NCBI GenBank assembly: GCA_039621445.1
Contig: CP154954.1
Span: 14,364,387-14,428,386, forward strand
From: Euglena gracilis
Lineage: Eukaryota
Direction of reading: 5' to 3'
Length of the DNA stretch: 64,000 bases
Each line of letters opens with the position of its first letter. Position 1 is the first letter of the stretch. Position numbers and translations under genes: made by a program. This document shows positions 12,061 to 45,535 of this stretch, piece after piece. The notes below the pieces were generated by a model that worked only from the letters and a program-made list of their open reading frames with translations, did no database searches and was not told the DNA's origin.

Positions 12061-14552
12061 AACTTTTTTATGGGTTTCTTCGGTTGGGATCAACCCGCGT
12101 GCGAGCACCTATAGTTAAAATGGCCGAAATTGGACTAAAATTTTTTTGACCCGCTGTAGGTGGGGGTCCGCAACCTGGAGCCATCAGGTGATGATTTCTG
12201 TGTAAGTGGATGGCAACCGGTGGCCCATTTGCGTGAAGATAAAAAAAAACATTGATATCTGATCGCACACATTGCAACTGAGCAGTTACAGCGAAAAATG
12301 GCCTAATTAGGCCTAAAATGGGCTAAAAATGGCCCAAAATGGAAACAAAATGCGGTGTGAATGTTTTATGACCCGTTGTATATTTTTGTTGTGAGTGGAG
12401 CTTGAAACACTTTGAATGACTTTTTGACCTCCTGCAAATGTGAAATGGATTCCATCATCTTGAATGGTTTATATGGCAAATGATTGTCTCTTCTGATATG
12501 TGGTGGGATCCATGCTCATGGCTTCAGCAAGCTTCTCCTGCAAGGACTTAAAATCGAGGCACCTGGAACACTCCTTTAAATTTTATTGAAAAGGTAAGCA
12601 ATTGAATTGAAAAAATATTCGATTTTCCCACACCTTCAGTTCTATTTTAGCACGTTTACTTTGCACATTTGAGCAATTGTCCCACGATGAATGTGTGTGT
12701 ATATATGTATATATTATATTGTATTATATATATATTATATATAATATATTTAATTCTATAATTAATAATATAATATATATATATATATTATATAATAATA
12801 TTTTCAATTTTTAAAGTTTTTTGAGCTGGAAAAGTAGAAGGTTTGCAATCAGCGCTATTGTATTTCCTCAGAACAGGGTTTTGCATCCATACCAGACAAC
12901 ATTTTGTCCAACATCTTTTTTTCACAGGATTTGTTTATGTCCAATAGTTTTCATCAAATGCACAGGAGTTCACTGAACCATGATGTTTTTTTCTCTTGGT
13001 CCATTGCTTGATTTTGGCCCATCCAACTAGAGGAAGTTGTGAGGTTCGTGTGCTCCGCTACATTCTTATACCTGCGGCATCTAGGTTTTTCGGCCAGTGG
13101 CACACTCCTCTTAAAAGCATGAATGCATACATGCATGCATTTGAAAAATTTTGCGGGAAAACACCTATGAAATGACTGGGCACTACTGGGCGCACTGTTC
13201 ATGAGTGGGGCGACTGGCTTTGCTGACACTCATGGGTGGGGTTCCGTGCATACATTCATTCAGTGACTGGGGGGGAACTTTTTCCCGGGCCTAAAAAAAA
13301 TGACCAACCAATGACCCCCCCCCCAGGATGGTTAACCACCCACCTGCCCACTCAAAATCCGGCCAAAATCGACGGGGCCTCTGGAACCACCCGGGGGGGG
13401 TGCGCCATGGGTCAGAATTTCGCAGCATTTTTTTTGCTTCTTCAGCAACCCACCCACCCACTCTCGGAATCCCCCTGGAGGAGTGGTCGCATAGGTGTTA
13501 AGGTAAGGTTCCATGACTGGGCGTGATTTCGGCCACATCTAGCCACGTTTGGCCCCATTTATCCTTTCTTCTCCCTTTTTGTCCGCTTCTGGCCATCTTT
13601 GGCCGTTTGTATTTATGCCTGTTTTGGAGTATTTTTGTCATTTTTTACCCACCGTTGACCTTGACCATTTTTGGCCTGTTTTGACCTTTTCTGAAACTGG
13701 GATTTCTGTGTGTGGACTGGTTGTGAGTGAGCGTGACTGGGCATGACTGAGTGCGACTGCGTCTGGGATTCTGGATGACCATAGGTGCTTGGTGGGGAAT
13801 AATTCCTTAAAAATTTCTTTTAACTCGCGTTCACACACGTTTCGATGTGTTCTGGTATAAATCCTGAAACTAAAATGTGGAACCATCCCACAGGCCACAA
13901 AATGGGGTATGTCGAAGACAAAACGCAGCACACATCATGTCTGCCAAATAATTGCAAAAAAGTCTGCAGTTGCCGCTCAAAGGCGAGTTGAATATAGTGA
14001 AGGTTGCTCCGTGCTCTCAGATGGTGCTTGTATATTTTTTTCACATTCTAATTATACCTGTATCTCAAAGATTGCGATGTTTGCGAGCACTGGGGGTTCC
14101 CCAACTGGAAAAAAGTGCTGGCTTGAACAAAGTGTTGGCTAAAGAAAGGTGGGGTCCACCGGTTGGCAGTTGGACCCGGTTGGTAAAACAAGCAACCAAA
14201 GTTCAAATACATTGGGCTTGTTGGGACTTTTCGGTGAATCTTTTGAGTATATATTTGAATATATGCGCTGTGGGTGTTGGACGGAATGCTGCCCCGGCGT
14301 GACGACGGGGCTGACGTGCCTTTCCCAGGGCCGGGTTCTGGATGAATTCACTGGCTGGAGATGCGTATGGGCATGTCGGCAAGTGCTCACACCACCCTCT
14401 GCCAGTCATGGCTACGCCCATGTGCTTTCAGAACACACACTATCACGCGCTCAGCAAACTTACCAAACATAGCACATCAACACGGACACCCCCACTTTTC
14501 TGATTTCATGCTGAATGTATGTTTCTCTGAGTGCTCTTCTTTGTTAGTACAG

Positions 14553-35708
<21,156 letters not shown>

Positions 35709-38700
35709 CTCCGTCCCATGCTTCTTCTCCCTGCTGCACTGCTCGGCCAATGGTTTCCCTCCTCTTCGTGGTTTGTACATGCTATCACCATGGTCCATCA
35801 TGGTTCGGACTTGCCCAGAGAACTCAGGCTATTTTCTAAGGTTTTTTTATCGAATGAGGTACCCCCCCCCCCGAAAAGTGCTCAAATTGCCTGAGGGCAA
35901 GGGTTTGTAGCAAGTTATTATTATTTTTTAAGGTACATTGTTCATGTTCAGACGGTTTCTTGGGAGAAGTTTTGTGCCATCAGCGCTAACAAGTATATCA
36001 TTACCATGCTTATTTCAAAATTGCATATGAAATATGGCTGAATAAACATTACCATTATCCACACCTGTATGTCCGATCACCACATTCCATCATCGAAGGT
36101 TCCTTTACAGGACTTCGGGGCTGTGCTCACCTTGTTGTGGCTACATGTAATTTTGCGCAGTGAGTCCAGGCTGCCAATCTCCTTCCGTTAACCTGCTCTT
36201 ATCACCAACCTGACCGTGATCAGGACTTCTTCTGCACTTATGGCCAGTTTGCCCCCCCCCCCCAGGACTCTGTCCTGGGGGTATCCTGGGGGGGTCCTGG
36301 GGGGGGGTCCCGCAACTTTTTGGCAAAAAATTTTGCAGCACAAGATGAGGTTATTTTGAAGCCCGCGGGGGTCCGGGGGGGGGGGGGGGCAGGAGCCCCC
36401 CCCCCCCCCCCCGGTAGGGGGGGCCGAAGGCGCCCCAAACTCCCCGGGTAGTGGGGTATCTTGGTACCGCCCCCCCGTGGGTCTTGGGGGGGGGCTGGGG
36501 GGGGTCTGGGGGGGTCCTGGGGGTGTGCTGGGGGGGTCCTGGGGGGTCCTGGGAGGGTGGAGTCCTGGGGGGTTTTGGGGGGAAAACTGGCCATGACTCT
36601 TCTTCTGATAAGAAGAAAAAAAAAGCTTTGATATGATATTCCCCAAACTTTTTTGTGTCGGCTTTTTTTTTTCTTCAGTGGTTTGTAATTTAAGAAGTTT
36701 TCTCACAAGTTGACCTTTTTGTTGACTTTGCATTTCCCTTGCATGTTTTTTTGCTCAATTTGTTGCTGCCTATTTTTGGACAAAAAAGTATTTTGTTAAA
36801 AGTGTTTCTGTTTTTCATCGGGTCTTCTTGCTAACACTCTTGTGGGCGGAACAAAATAAAACCCTGATGCACCGAGCCATTCCCGTTCAAGGCGTTCACA
36901 GATGGGATACAATTTGGACCAGATAATGAGACCCCACTAGTTGAGGATGCCGAGGATTTGGGGATGCCAGGGTAGGCAAAAAAAACCCCGCTATTTTTGG
37001 TGATACATTGGCCCCTCCTCCAAATCCTGCCTGGGAATCATGTCCCTGAATCGCTGTGAGTCCTGTGCCGTCTTTCTCTCCATGAAACCTCTCACTAGCC
37101 CTTTGTTGCATGAACTTTCCATTCAGACAGGGCGTCCCTTAAGCCGGAGGGCACCCGTCCCCCCATGGGGGGGGTCAGCCAGCCAGCAGCTTGATTCCAG
37201 CCTGGGACTCCCTTCCCTCCCCCTCCCATCCGTGAGTTTTATTTATTTATCTAATTATTTTCTTATCCAGCCTTCATTTTTTCAGCCCTTCAGGTGTGGC
37301 GGCTTTTTCAGGCGTGACAGCTTTTTTTTTTTTGCTTTTCTAGGTTCAAAAATGGGCCAAAAATGGGAAATAATTGTAGGCTTTGGGCCAATTTTTGCAC
37401 ATTTGGTATTTTTGCCTGGTTAGTTCCCCAGCCGGGCACCGGTTTAGCCAGGGTGACCTTATGGCAGAGAGAAAAAGGGAGTCAAGCTGCAGACTTTTTT
37501 CCCAACCAGCCCAAATTTTCCAGCCTCTGAGCTGGACCCCCCTCCCATGGCTGTCGTCAAGCAACGCCCCGATTCAACACCGAACTGCCGTCCAATTGTC
37601 TGCTCTGTATGTCTTTCTTGTGTGACAACATTTTTGGCAACATTCCGACACAGTCGCACCTGGTTTATGACATGGAAATCCGTGCTTGGGATTTTGCCCT
37701 TCGATTTCCCACATGCTGTGCTGGCCATTCACAACCCACTTGGCTTCCCTGCCCTCACAACCATCATCCCATTTCCAATTTCTTCACCCCCTCAGTCAAT
37801 GGAGGAAGTTTTCATTGTCATGAAAAACAACTTGGGTGGTGGTTCAGTATGATGGGTGTGAAACCCATTCATTGAGGACGGTCACAATTGGTCAAGTCTG
37901 GTGCGTTGTCGCCAGTATTTCCGAGGCTCTAAATAGTTCCTCCTGCTTCATTGTGGCTGTGGGGTGGTTTGCCGAACAAATACCGATCTGCCCATTTTCC
38001 TAATTCCATCGCTACGTAGCCCCCAAGCAAATCGAGAGGCTGTTTTCACACCCAATTTTCGCTAAGTCATTTTTCTGGGATGTGTCTCAAAAGAATCTCA
38101 TTGAAAGATTTACACGTCGGAAAAAATGGCGCGGAGCATTGGCATTCGACATTTTACGGGCAGAATGAGCGGTCCTGGAAGTCACCACCCCGCACGGGAT
38201 TAGCAAATTTTGACTGGTCCCGTCAGTCATATCAAAGTCTTTTTGAAGGCCTACCCTGTCGTGGTCAAAACTTTGGCCTCCAGTTGCTGTGACGGATGGG
38301 GGAGGGGGTTCAGCCTATTGTTGGTCAAAGTGGCCTTGAACGAGGATGGTTGGGGCAAAATGGCAAAAAGACTCTTGAATCAAAGTGGCCTGGATCAAGG
38401 ACACGTGCGGTAAAATGGCCTTGATGAAGGTCATGCATCAGAACCGGTTTCTTTTTGAAATGGAAAATTCCGCTCCACCTTTTCACAGGACATCTTCCAA
38501 CGCGATGGCCATCCCTCTCCCAAGTGATTTGAGCTATGCGCTCGTGGTCATTGGGTTGTCGCTGTTCCTAAATGTGGTGCTGCTGAAACCAAAGGACCAA
38601 AGGTTAGGAAAGCCTTTTCTCAAATTTCATTATCCCCCAGGACGCACTCGCCATGCAGTTCCGGACGTCTTCGGTGCCCGCTGCTGGAGGGGTTACCCCC

Positions 38701-39124
38701 AACACTGGTCTTAAAAATAACATCACTACACGCGGAAGTTTTTGAGATTTTGGGGTTTTTGTGTTGAGTTATGCCCCCCGACCCCCCCCAGGACCCTCAT
38801 TTTTTGGGGTTTTTCCCCCCACATCCCCCACACTTCCACCCGCAAAAAAGAGAGATTGTCCCCCCCCCCGAAACCCCTCATCAAAGTCATAAAAAGTATT
38901 TTCCCCCCACTCCCCCAGCCCTCCCACAAATCCCACAGTTTTTTGTTTGTACCCCGACACCCCCACAATATGTGTGTATTTTTTTTCACCCACTCCACCC
39001 TTCAATGGAAAAAAGTTTTCTTTTCGGGTGAGGCCTGTTTCCCTCTCCCCCAAAATCTACCGCCCCAGGACCCTTCCCCCCAGGACTCCACAGGACCCCC
39101 AAAATACCAGCCCCCCCCCCCCAG

Positions 39125-39729
39125 TTTAAAAAAAAAGATGGCACCCCATCCTCCCCAGAACCCATCCCAATTGCCTCCCAGATCTGAGAGCACTGGTGGA
39201 GTGGTGTTTTGACAGGTGATAGTGACTGCCCAGTGCCTGGTGGCGCCACCAACGACCTTTTGGCAACATCATTTTGGAAAAGGACGGCTTTTGAAAAACC
39301 GCATTCACTGCAATCAGGATTGCTCCAGCGTATCAAGAACATTCCGTGTACAATTCCCTGTCCGGACGGGGTGACAGGGGTTGACAGCTTGAAATGGGCT
39401 CCCCAGTCATTTTTTCCCTTCTGGGATGTTCCAGTGGATAGTGTCAACAGTTTCACCAGAACATCACGTGAGAGAGGTCCATTGAAATTCACCAAAGGCG
39501 ATCCATTTCATTGTCCCCGTTCTGTTTGTGCAAGTCTGTGCAACAGCAAATTTTACATCTATATCGCTCGGAGCCAAATTGTATTTCTGCTGTCCTGCAA
39601 CACTGCAGTGGTGCCACCAGGCACTGGGCAGTCACTATCACCTGTCAAAACACCACTCCACTAGTGCTCTCAGCTCTGGGAGGCATTTGGGATGGGTTCC
39701 GTGGAGTCTCTGAAAATTTATTTGCCACA

Positions 39730-39732
<3 letters not shown>
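39125..39732. mobile_element. Left-truncated copy of the Tc1-like non-autonomous element
   Basis: Collinear homology with 40749-41484. Internal long inverted repeat (about 39150-39250 versus 39610-39700). Right end TGAAAATTTATTTGCCACACTG|TA. Confidence 0.85.
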
Positions 39733-39763
<31 letters not shown>

Positions 39764-39880
39764 ATATATATATATATCTATATCTATATATATAGATATA
39801 TATATATAGATATAGATATATATATAGATATACATATATATATATATATATGTATATATGTATATGTATGTATATATGTA

Positions 39881-40166
39881 TGGCAGCTCCCAACTATATG
39901 GCCCCCCCCAGGGGGGGTGCATATAGTTGGGAGGGGGGGTCAAGATGATTTTTTTTGTGTTAATGACGGAATAGGGCTAGGTGCGCAATTTAGGGTTAGG
40001 GTTAGGCCTAACTTATAGACGGGTGTTCGGTGTACAAGTTAGGCCTAACCCTAAGCCTAAGTCGCGCACCTAACCCCACTCCATCATTAACGCAACAAAC
40101 TCCATCCCCCCCCTCTCCCAACTATATGCCCCCCCCCCTGGGGGGCCATATAGTTGGGAGCTGCCA
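39881..40166. mobile_element. Foldback MITE with internal TTAGGG / CCCTAA tracts
   Basis: TA|TGGCAGCTCCCAACTATATGGCCCCCC ... GGGGGGCCATATAGTTGGGAGCTGCCA|TA; palindromic almost to its centre. Confidence 0.9.
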
Positions 40167-40259
40167 TATATATACATATGTATGTATGTGTGTATATATA
40201 TGTGTGTGTGTATATATGTATATGTATATGATGTTTGTTGGTGAGGTGTGTTTTTGTAC

Positions 40260-40505
40260 CTGAGCAAGCATTCGCCTATCAAAAAGATGGGAAAGCACAC
40301 CTCTGTGATACGCACGGGGATGCCCACCACCAGTCCGTGCAGCGACTTGTCCCGAATCCCGAATCTGCTTGAAAATGGACTGCACGGTGCTGCGGCCGAG
40401 GCGCTCGGCAGTGGCGATGGCCCCATAGCTGGAGCCACCACAAAAGGAAGCCCAAATCCGGGCCCGCTGAGCATCATGCACAGGGCTGGATCGCTTGGGT
40501 GGCAT
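40260..40505 (-). CDS. First exon (82 aa) of a Tc1/IS630-like transposase or a derived HTH protein
   Basis: MPPKRSSPVHDAQRARIWASFCGGSSYGAIATAERLGRSTVQSIFKQIRDSGQVAARTGGGHPR matches the paired-like HTH pattern (R..I....G.S...IA....  STV..I......G.......GRPR-like). It ends at a cag|GTA donor. I found no DDE exon. Confidence 0.75.
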
Positions 40506-40716
40506 TGTGCAGAAATGCTCTGCGGACATGCAGGAGCACATTTTACGTTACGATGCCACCAAATGGGACAGGCAACATGGCAACACGCACGTTGTACGGA
40601 CCTCCAGTGGATCCTTCACATTTTTTCTTGGGAGGTACCCCCCCATGCCTACTGCGTACATATGTGTACATATGTGTACATATGTATATGTGTATATATA
40701 TGTATATATATGTATA

Positions 40717-40748
<32 letters not shown>

Positions 40749-41484
40749 CAGTGTGGCAAGTAAATTTTCAGACCCAAGTGCCAAGTAAATTTTCAAACCC
40801 TGAAAAAATAAAAAAAATGATGGCACCCCACACTCCACAGTGCCATCCCCAATCGCCTCCCAGACGCCTCCCAGAGTTGAGAGCACTGGTGGAGTGGTGC
40901 TTTGACAGGCGATTGTGACTGCTGTGCCCGATAGCACCACCGAAGACCGTTTGGACACATCATTTTGGAAAAGGACGGATTTTGCAAACCGCATTCACTG
41001 CAGTCTAGATAGAAGCAGGCTTGCTCCGTGCACAATTGCCTGTCTGGGTGGGGTGAGAGGGGTTGACAGCTGGAAATGGGCTCCCCAGTCATTTTTTCCG
41101 TCTGGGCTCGCAAATTGCGTTTTGTTGGACGTTCACAGTGGATGGGCATACCAGTTTCACCAAAGTTTTGTGCGTGAGAAGTCCATTGAAATTCGCCAAA
41201 GGCGGTCCATTTCATTGTCCCCGTTTTGTTTGTGCAAGTCTGTGCAACAGCAAATTTTACATCCATAACACTCGGTGCCAAATTGTATTTTTGTTGTTCT
41301 GCAATACCACGGTGTCGCCATTGGGCACTTAGCAGTCACAATCGCCTGCCAAAGCACCACTCCACCAGTGCTCTCAATTCTGGATGATACTGTGGAGTGT
41401 GGGGTGCCATCATTTTTTTTGATTTTTTTTCAGGGTCTGAAAATTTATTTGGCATTTGGGTCTGAAAATTTACTTGCCACACTG
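40749..41484. mobile_element. Complete Tc1/mariner-type non-autonomous element (736 bp)
   Basis: TA|CAGTGTGGCAAGTAAATTTTCAGACCCAA ... TTGGGTCTGAAAATTTACTTGCCACACTG|TA, with imperfect inverted repeats of about 170 bp. Confidence 0.92.
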
Positions 41485-41585
41485 TACATAATGTATATGC
41501 ATATATGCATATACATGTATTTCTGTATGTATATATGTACTGTATATATGTATGTATATATGTATATATATGTATACACCACATA

Positions 41586-42937
41586 TGGCACGAAGTGGGG
41601 AGTGGCAAGGGGGGGTAAGGGGGGGTAAGGGGGGGTAAGGGGGGTGGTATGTTAAGGGGGGGGGTAAGGGGGGGGGGTAAGGGGTGGGTAAGGGCGGGGT
41701 AAGGGGGTAGGGGGGGGTAAGGGGGGGGGGGTAAGGGGGGGTAAGGGGGGGTAAGGGGGGGTAAGGGGGGGTAAGGGGGGTAAGGGGGGGCAAGGGGGGG
41801 TAAGGTAAGGGGGGGTAAGGGGGGGTAAGGGGTGGGTAAGGGGGGGTGGGTAAGGGGGGGTAAGGGGGGGTAAGGGGGGGGTGGGTAAGGGGGGGTAAGG
41901 GGGGGTAAGGGGGGGTAAGGGGGGGTGGTTAGGGGGTGGTAATGGAGAGGAATTGAGGTTGTTTTTGATCTGTATGCAGATTTGCAGTCCTCAAAAGAGG
42001 CCCATATACGCGTTTTTTCGCAGTAAACAATTTGCAATGCCAAACACTGGACACACAATCAGTTTGACCCACGGAAAGGATATTGTTATTTGAGTTCCAG
42101 GGGGGGGTTCGGGGGGGGGCGGAGGCCCCCCCCCGCCACTGCAAACGGTTGAGCACAAAAGGAATTTGCTATGCCTACATTATGCGGAAAACCGAATTTT
42201 CAATGCCAAACACTGGACACAGAATTCAGACGCAAAATCAGTTTGACCCACGGAAAGGATATTGTTATTTGGGTTCCAGGGGGGGGTTCGGGGGGGGGGG
42301 AGCCCCCCCCCGCCACTGCAAACGGTTGAGCACAAAAGGAATTTGCTATGCCTACATTATGCGGAAAACCGAATTTTCAATGCCAAACACTGGACACAGA
42401 ATTCAGACGCAAAATCAGTTTGACCCACGGAAAGGATATTGTTATTTGGGTTCCAGGGGGGGGTTCGGGGGGGGGGCGGAGCCCCCCCCGCCACTGCGAA
42501 CGGTTGAGCACAAAAGGAATTGGCTATGCCTACATTAGGCGGAAAACCGAATTTTCAATGCCAAACAATGGACACAGAATTGAGACGCAATGGCAGTTTG
42601 AGCCACGGAAAGGTTACCAGTGAGGGGGGTAAGGGGGGGGGGAAGGGGGGGTAAGGGGGGTAAGGGGGGGTAAGGGGGGGGGGGGTAAGGCCGGTAAGGG
42701 GGGGTAAGGGGAAGGGGGGGGTAAGGGGGGGTAAGGGGGGGTAAAGGGGGGGATAAGGGGGGGGAAGGGGGGTATGGGGGGGTAAGGGGGGGGGTAAGGG
42801 GGGTAAGGGGGGGTAAGGGGGGGTAAGGGGGTAAGGGGGGGTAAGGGGGGGTCAAGGGGGGGTAAGGGGGGGGAAGGGGGGGTAAGGGGGGGGAAAGGGG
42901 CCGGAAAGGGGGGTTAAGGGGTCCCCACTTCGTGCCA
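41586..42937. mobile_element. TIR element carrying two (G6-8 TAA)n arrays and a ~178-bp tandem repeat
   Basis: TIR TGGCACGAAGTGGGGA / TCCCCACTTCGTGCCA (16 bp), TA on the left and TG on the right. Arrays lie at 41608-41941 and 42624-42921. Confidence 0.8.
42035..42615 (+). repeat. Tandem repeat of about 178 bp, about 3.3 copies
   Basis: Units begin CAATGCCAAACA(C/A)TGGACAC at about 42035, 42201, 42378 and 42556. Confidence 0.92.
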
Positions 42938-42960
42938 TGTCTCGTATACACATATATATT

Positions 42961-42998
<38 letters not shown>

Positions 42999-43568
42999 CA
43001 AACATGTACATGCATATACATTTATATAATGCATATGTATGAAAAAAAAGTTCTTAAGGTTGGAAGAGTGGAAGTGACCCCCCCGGGTTGGGAACATAAT
43101 TTTTTGGCTGGGAGCTCCTTGAGGGGCGCAAATTTAGGACTTTGCAGCCCTCTCTCGCCGCACTGTTGCCCCACCAACCGGTATGGGATTGGCCGCCTCT
43201 GGCAGTGTGGGCCGGGAGACACCACCTCTCCCCCATCTGCTCTCCATCGTTCGGTGCACATGACAGTCTTTTAGGCATGATGTGCCAGAGGTCGTGCCTT
43301 GGACCATTCCACGATGGCCACACTCAGACATTTATTTCGAGGCAATTATTTTTAGTGTTTTAAGTCATTTTAATTCATTTTTTAAGCTCTTTAAGGTATT
43401 TTCGGTCCAAGGGCAACACGGGAAGCGAACCAAGGTTTTTGGTTTTGCAAATTTGCTAAAACCAAAAATGTCAAAACTCATTTTTTGGGTTTTTGTTGGA
43501 TGGACAATGTTCAACCGATGCCAGAAATCATTTTTTCTTCCCAGAGTTGGCATGTTTTTGCTGAGATA

Positions 43569-43653
<85 letters not shown>

Positions 43654-44099
43654 ATTGGCAAGAGTTTGCATTTGGGGGCCTTTGGCGGTTTTGAGATTCT
43701 AAAACTCAAAAAAAAAATGGTACCGAGCTGGAGCTTAAATGATGACATTTAGGCAAAATAGGCGCAGAATTATGTTGGGGAACATGTAAACTTTCCGCAT
43801 TTATATCCCGGTTTTATGGTTTTGCCAGGATTTCAAGACCCTCAGGGGGTTTGTATATTTGGGGATTACGTGCAAGCACCTATATAGTAAAAATCGCCGA
43901 AAATGGCCGAAAATGAAATTTTGGGCTCTATAGGTGGGGGTCCCGAAAATGGCCAAAAATGGCCGAAAATGATCGAAAAGAAAAAAAATTATTGCAATTT
44001 TTTCGAGTTTTTTTTGCCTAACAGTTTCTTTTTCCCTAAGGACCAATTTCCAGTGCGACTGATTCTTGTATCGCCTCTCTTCTCCTGTCATCATGCCTG

Positions 44100-45122
44100 G
44101 CCCTGGAACGCATGCCGTTCAAAGAACCACCTCCGAATGGGTTATTTGGGCTAAAGCTGAAAGTTTTGATGCCATTTCAGAAAATTGTGGTGACAAGGTG
44201 CAACCAGGCAAAGTATGTGAAGCGTTTTTTTTTCTCCGTTAACGTTGTGATTCCTTCACTGGGTTTATTGCACACTGTTCGCAAAGTGGATGGCAGCTAA
44301 CAGTGCCACCTTCAAACAACACTGCTAGGGGTATCAAGTTGGAAAAAGTCAGGGGAAGTTGTTGTGAAAGCATCCATGCCAGGGATGAGAAAGTTGAGTG
44401 ACCTCCTTGTTGATGGACATTTTTATGTGGCTATTGTCATGGATGAGACAGATGACTCCCGCCCCACCAATGGTTTCATTGTAACCGTTGAGGTATGCGC
44501 GACACAATAATTGGGTTTTAGGTCCATTTTGAATTCAGGTTCTCTAGATACCCAAATTGATGTCAGAAGGGGATGATCCCACAAAATTTCAATCGTTCAG
44601 CCTACAGTTGGCATTCCGGAAGGTCGTCAATGCCACACCATCAGCGATTTGCTGGACACTGTATTATTTGTATTTTTTTTTCAAATCGATTTTAATTTTA
44701 ATTTCCAGGTTTGAAGAGACTCCGAGGGAACGACACAAGGTCGTTTTCTTATTTTGATGAAGTGGTATATCATCAAAAGTACTTTCAACCGATGCCCCCT
44801 TTCTATTCAGTCTCAATGGATACAACTTTTTTCTTAATTTTACAGGTTCACAGATATGGTGGTAAGCCAAATGCAAACGTCTCAAATTTGACAAAAAATC
44901 TTTCACATCCAAGAGCGGGATCAAAAACTGTTATGAAAGTGGTTGCGATTTGGGAAACAAGATAGTTACCCGTTTGCATGGGTGGATTGCTGACCTCAAA
45001 TGTCACAATGGCCAATCTGCTTTCAACTGAGTGAGCACATATTGGAGCAAAACACTCTTTAATCCCCGAGCACCCATTCCAAACGGATCTCCTTGGATCC
45101 GTTTGCTTGATTTGTTGCTCAC
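44100..45122 (+). pseudogene. Degenerate, intron-containing hAT-like (CGGBP1/ZBED-type) transposase remnant
   Basis: HFYVAIVMDETDD (DETDD at 44442-44456) resembles the first catalytic Asp motif. It is followed by LQLAFRKVVNAT, then HKVVF/FDEVVY, then VAIWETR* (44951-44965; TAG in place of the conserved TRW Trp). Short GT-AG introns separate the blocks; stops and frameshifts are present. Confidence 0.5.
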
Positions 45123-45127
45123 AACTA

Positions 45128-45535
45128 CCCCCCCCCTATGTCCAACAACCCCCCTATGTTCAATGACCACCACCCCGGTCAGAGGACACCTTTTTGGAGG
45201 TTTGACCAAATTTTTGGTCCCGGCGCAAAGCGCCGGGACGAAAAATTTTGCCCAAAAATTGGCCAAAAATTTGGCCAAAATGCCATTTTTGACACTTTTT
45301 GGACAAAAAATTTGTCCAAATTGCCCAAAATTTTCGGCGCAAAGCGCCGGAAGGGAAAATTTGGGCATTTTTGGGTGGGTAGGGACCCGGGTGCTCACCA
45401 ACTTTCTTTTGACCCCATGTCCAACGACCACCCCCCCCCCAGTCGGAGGACACCTTTTTGGTCACTACCCTATGTCCAACGACCACCCCCCGGTCAGAGG
45501 ACAGAGGTTACCGGTCATTGGACATAGGGGGGGGG
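45128..45535. mobile_element. MITE, second copy of 26653-27066
   Basis: End-to-end near identity with the first copy; TA on both sides. Confidence 0.9.

Noticed and set aside
38505-38714. MAIPLPSDLSYALVVIGLSLFLNV as a MAPEG/MGST3 N-terminus, or LLEGLPPTLVLKI as an F-box
   Set aside because: No supporting downstream motifs and ambiguous frames; possibly exons, but I cannot assign them.
42035-42615. CRISPR-like array
   Set aside because: The units are near-identical over their full length, there are no unique spacers or cas genes, and the context is eukaryotic.
41336-43011. Pro/Tyr-rich extensin-like ORFs on the - strand
   Set aside because: These are translations of the (G)nTAA arrays.
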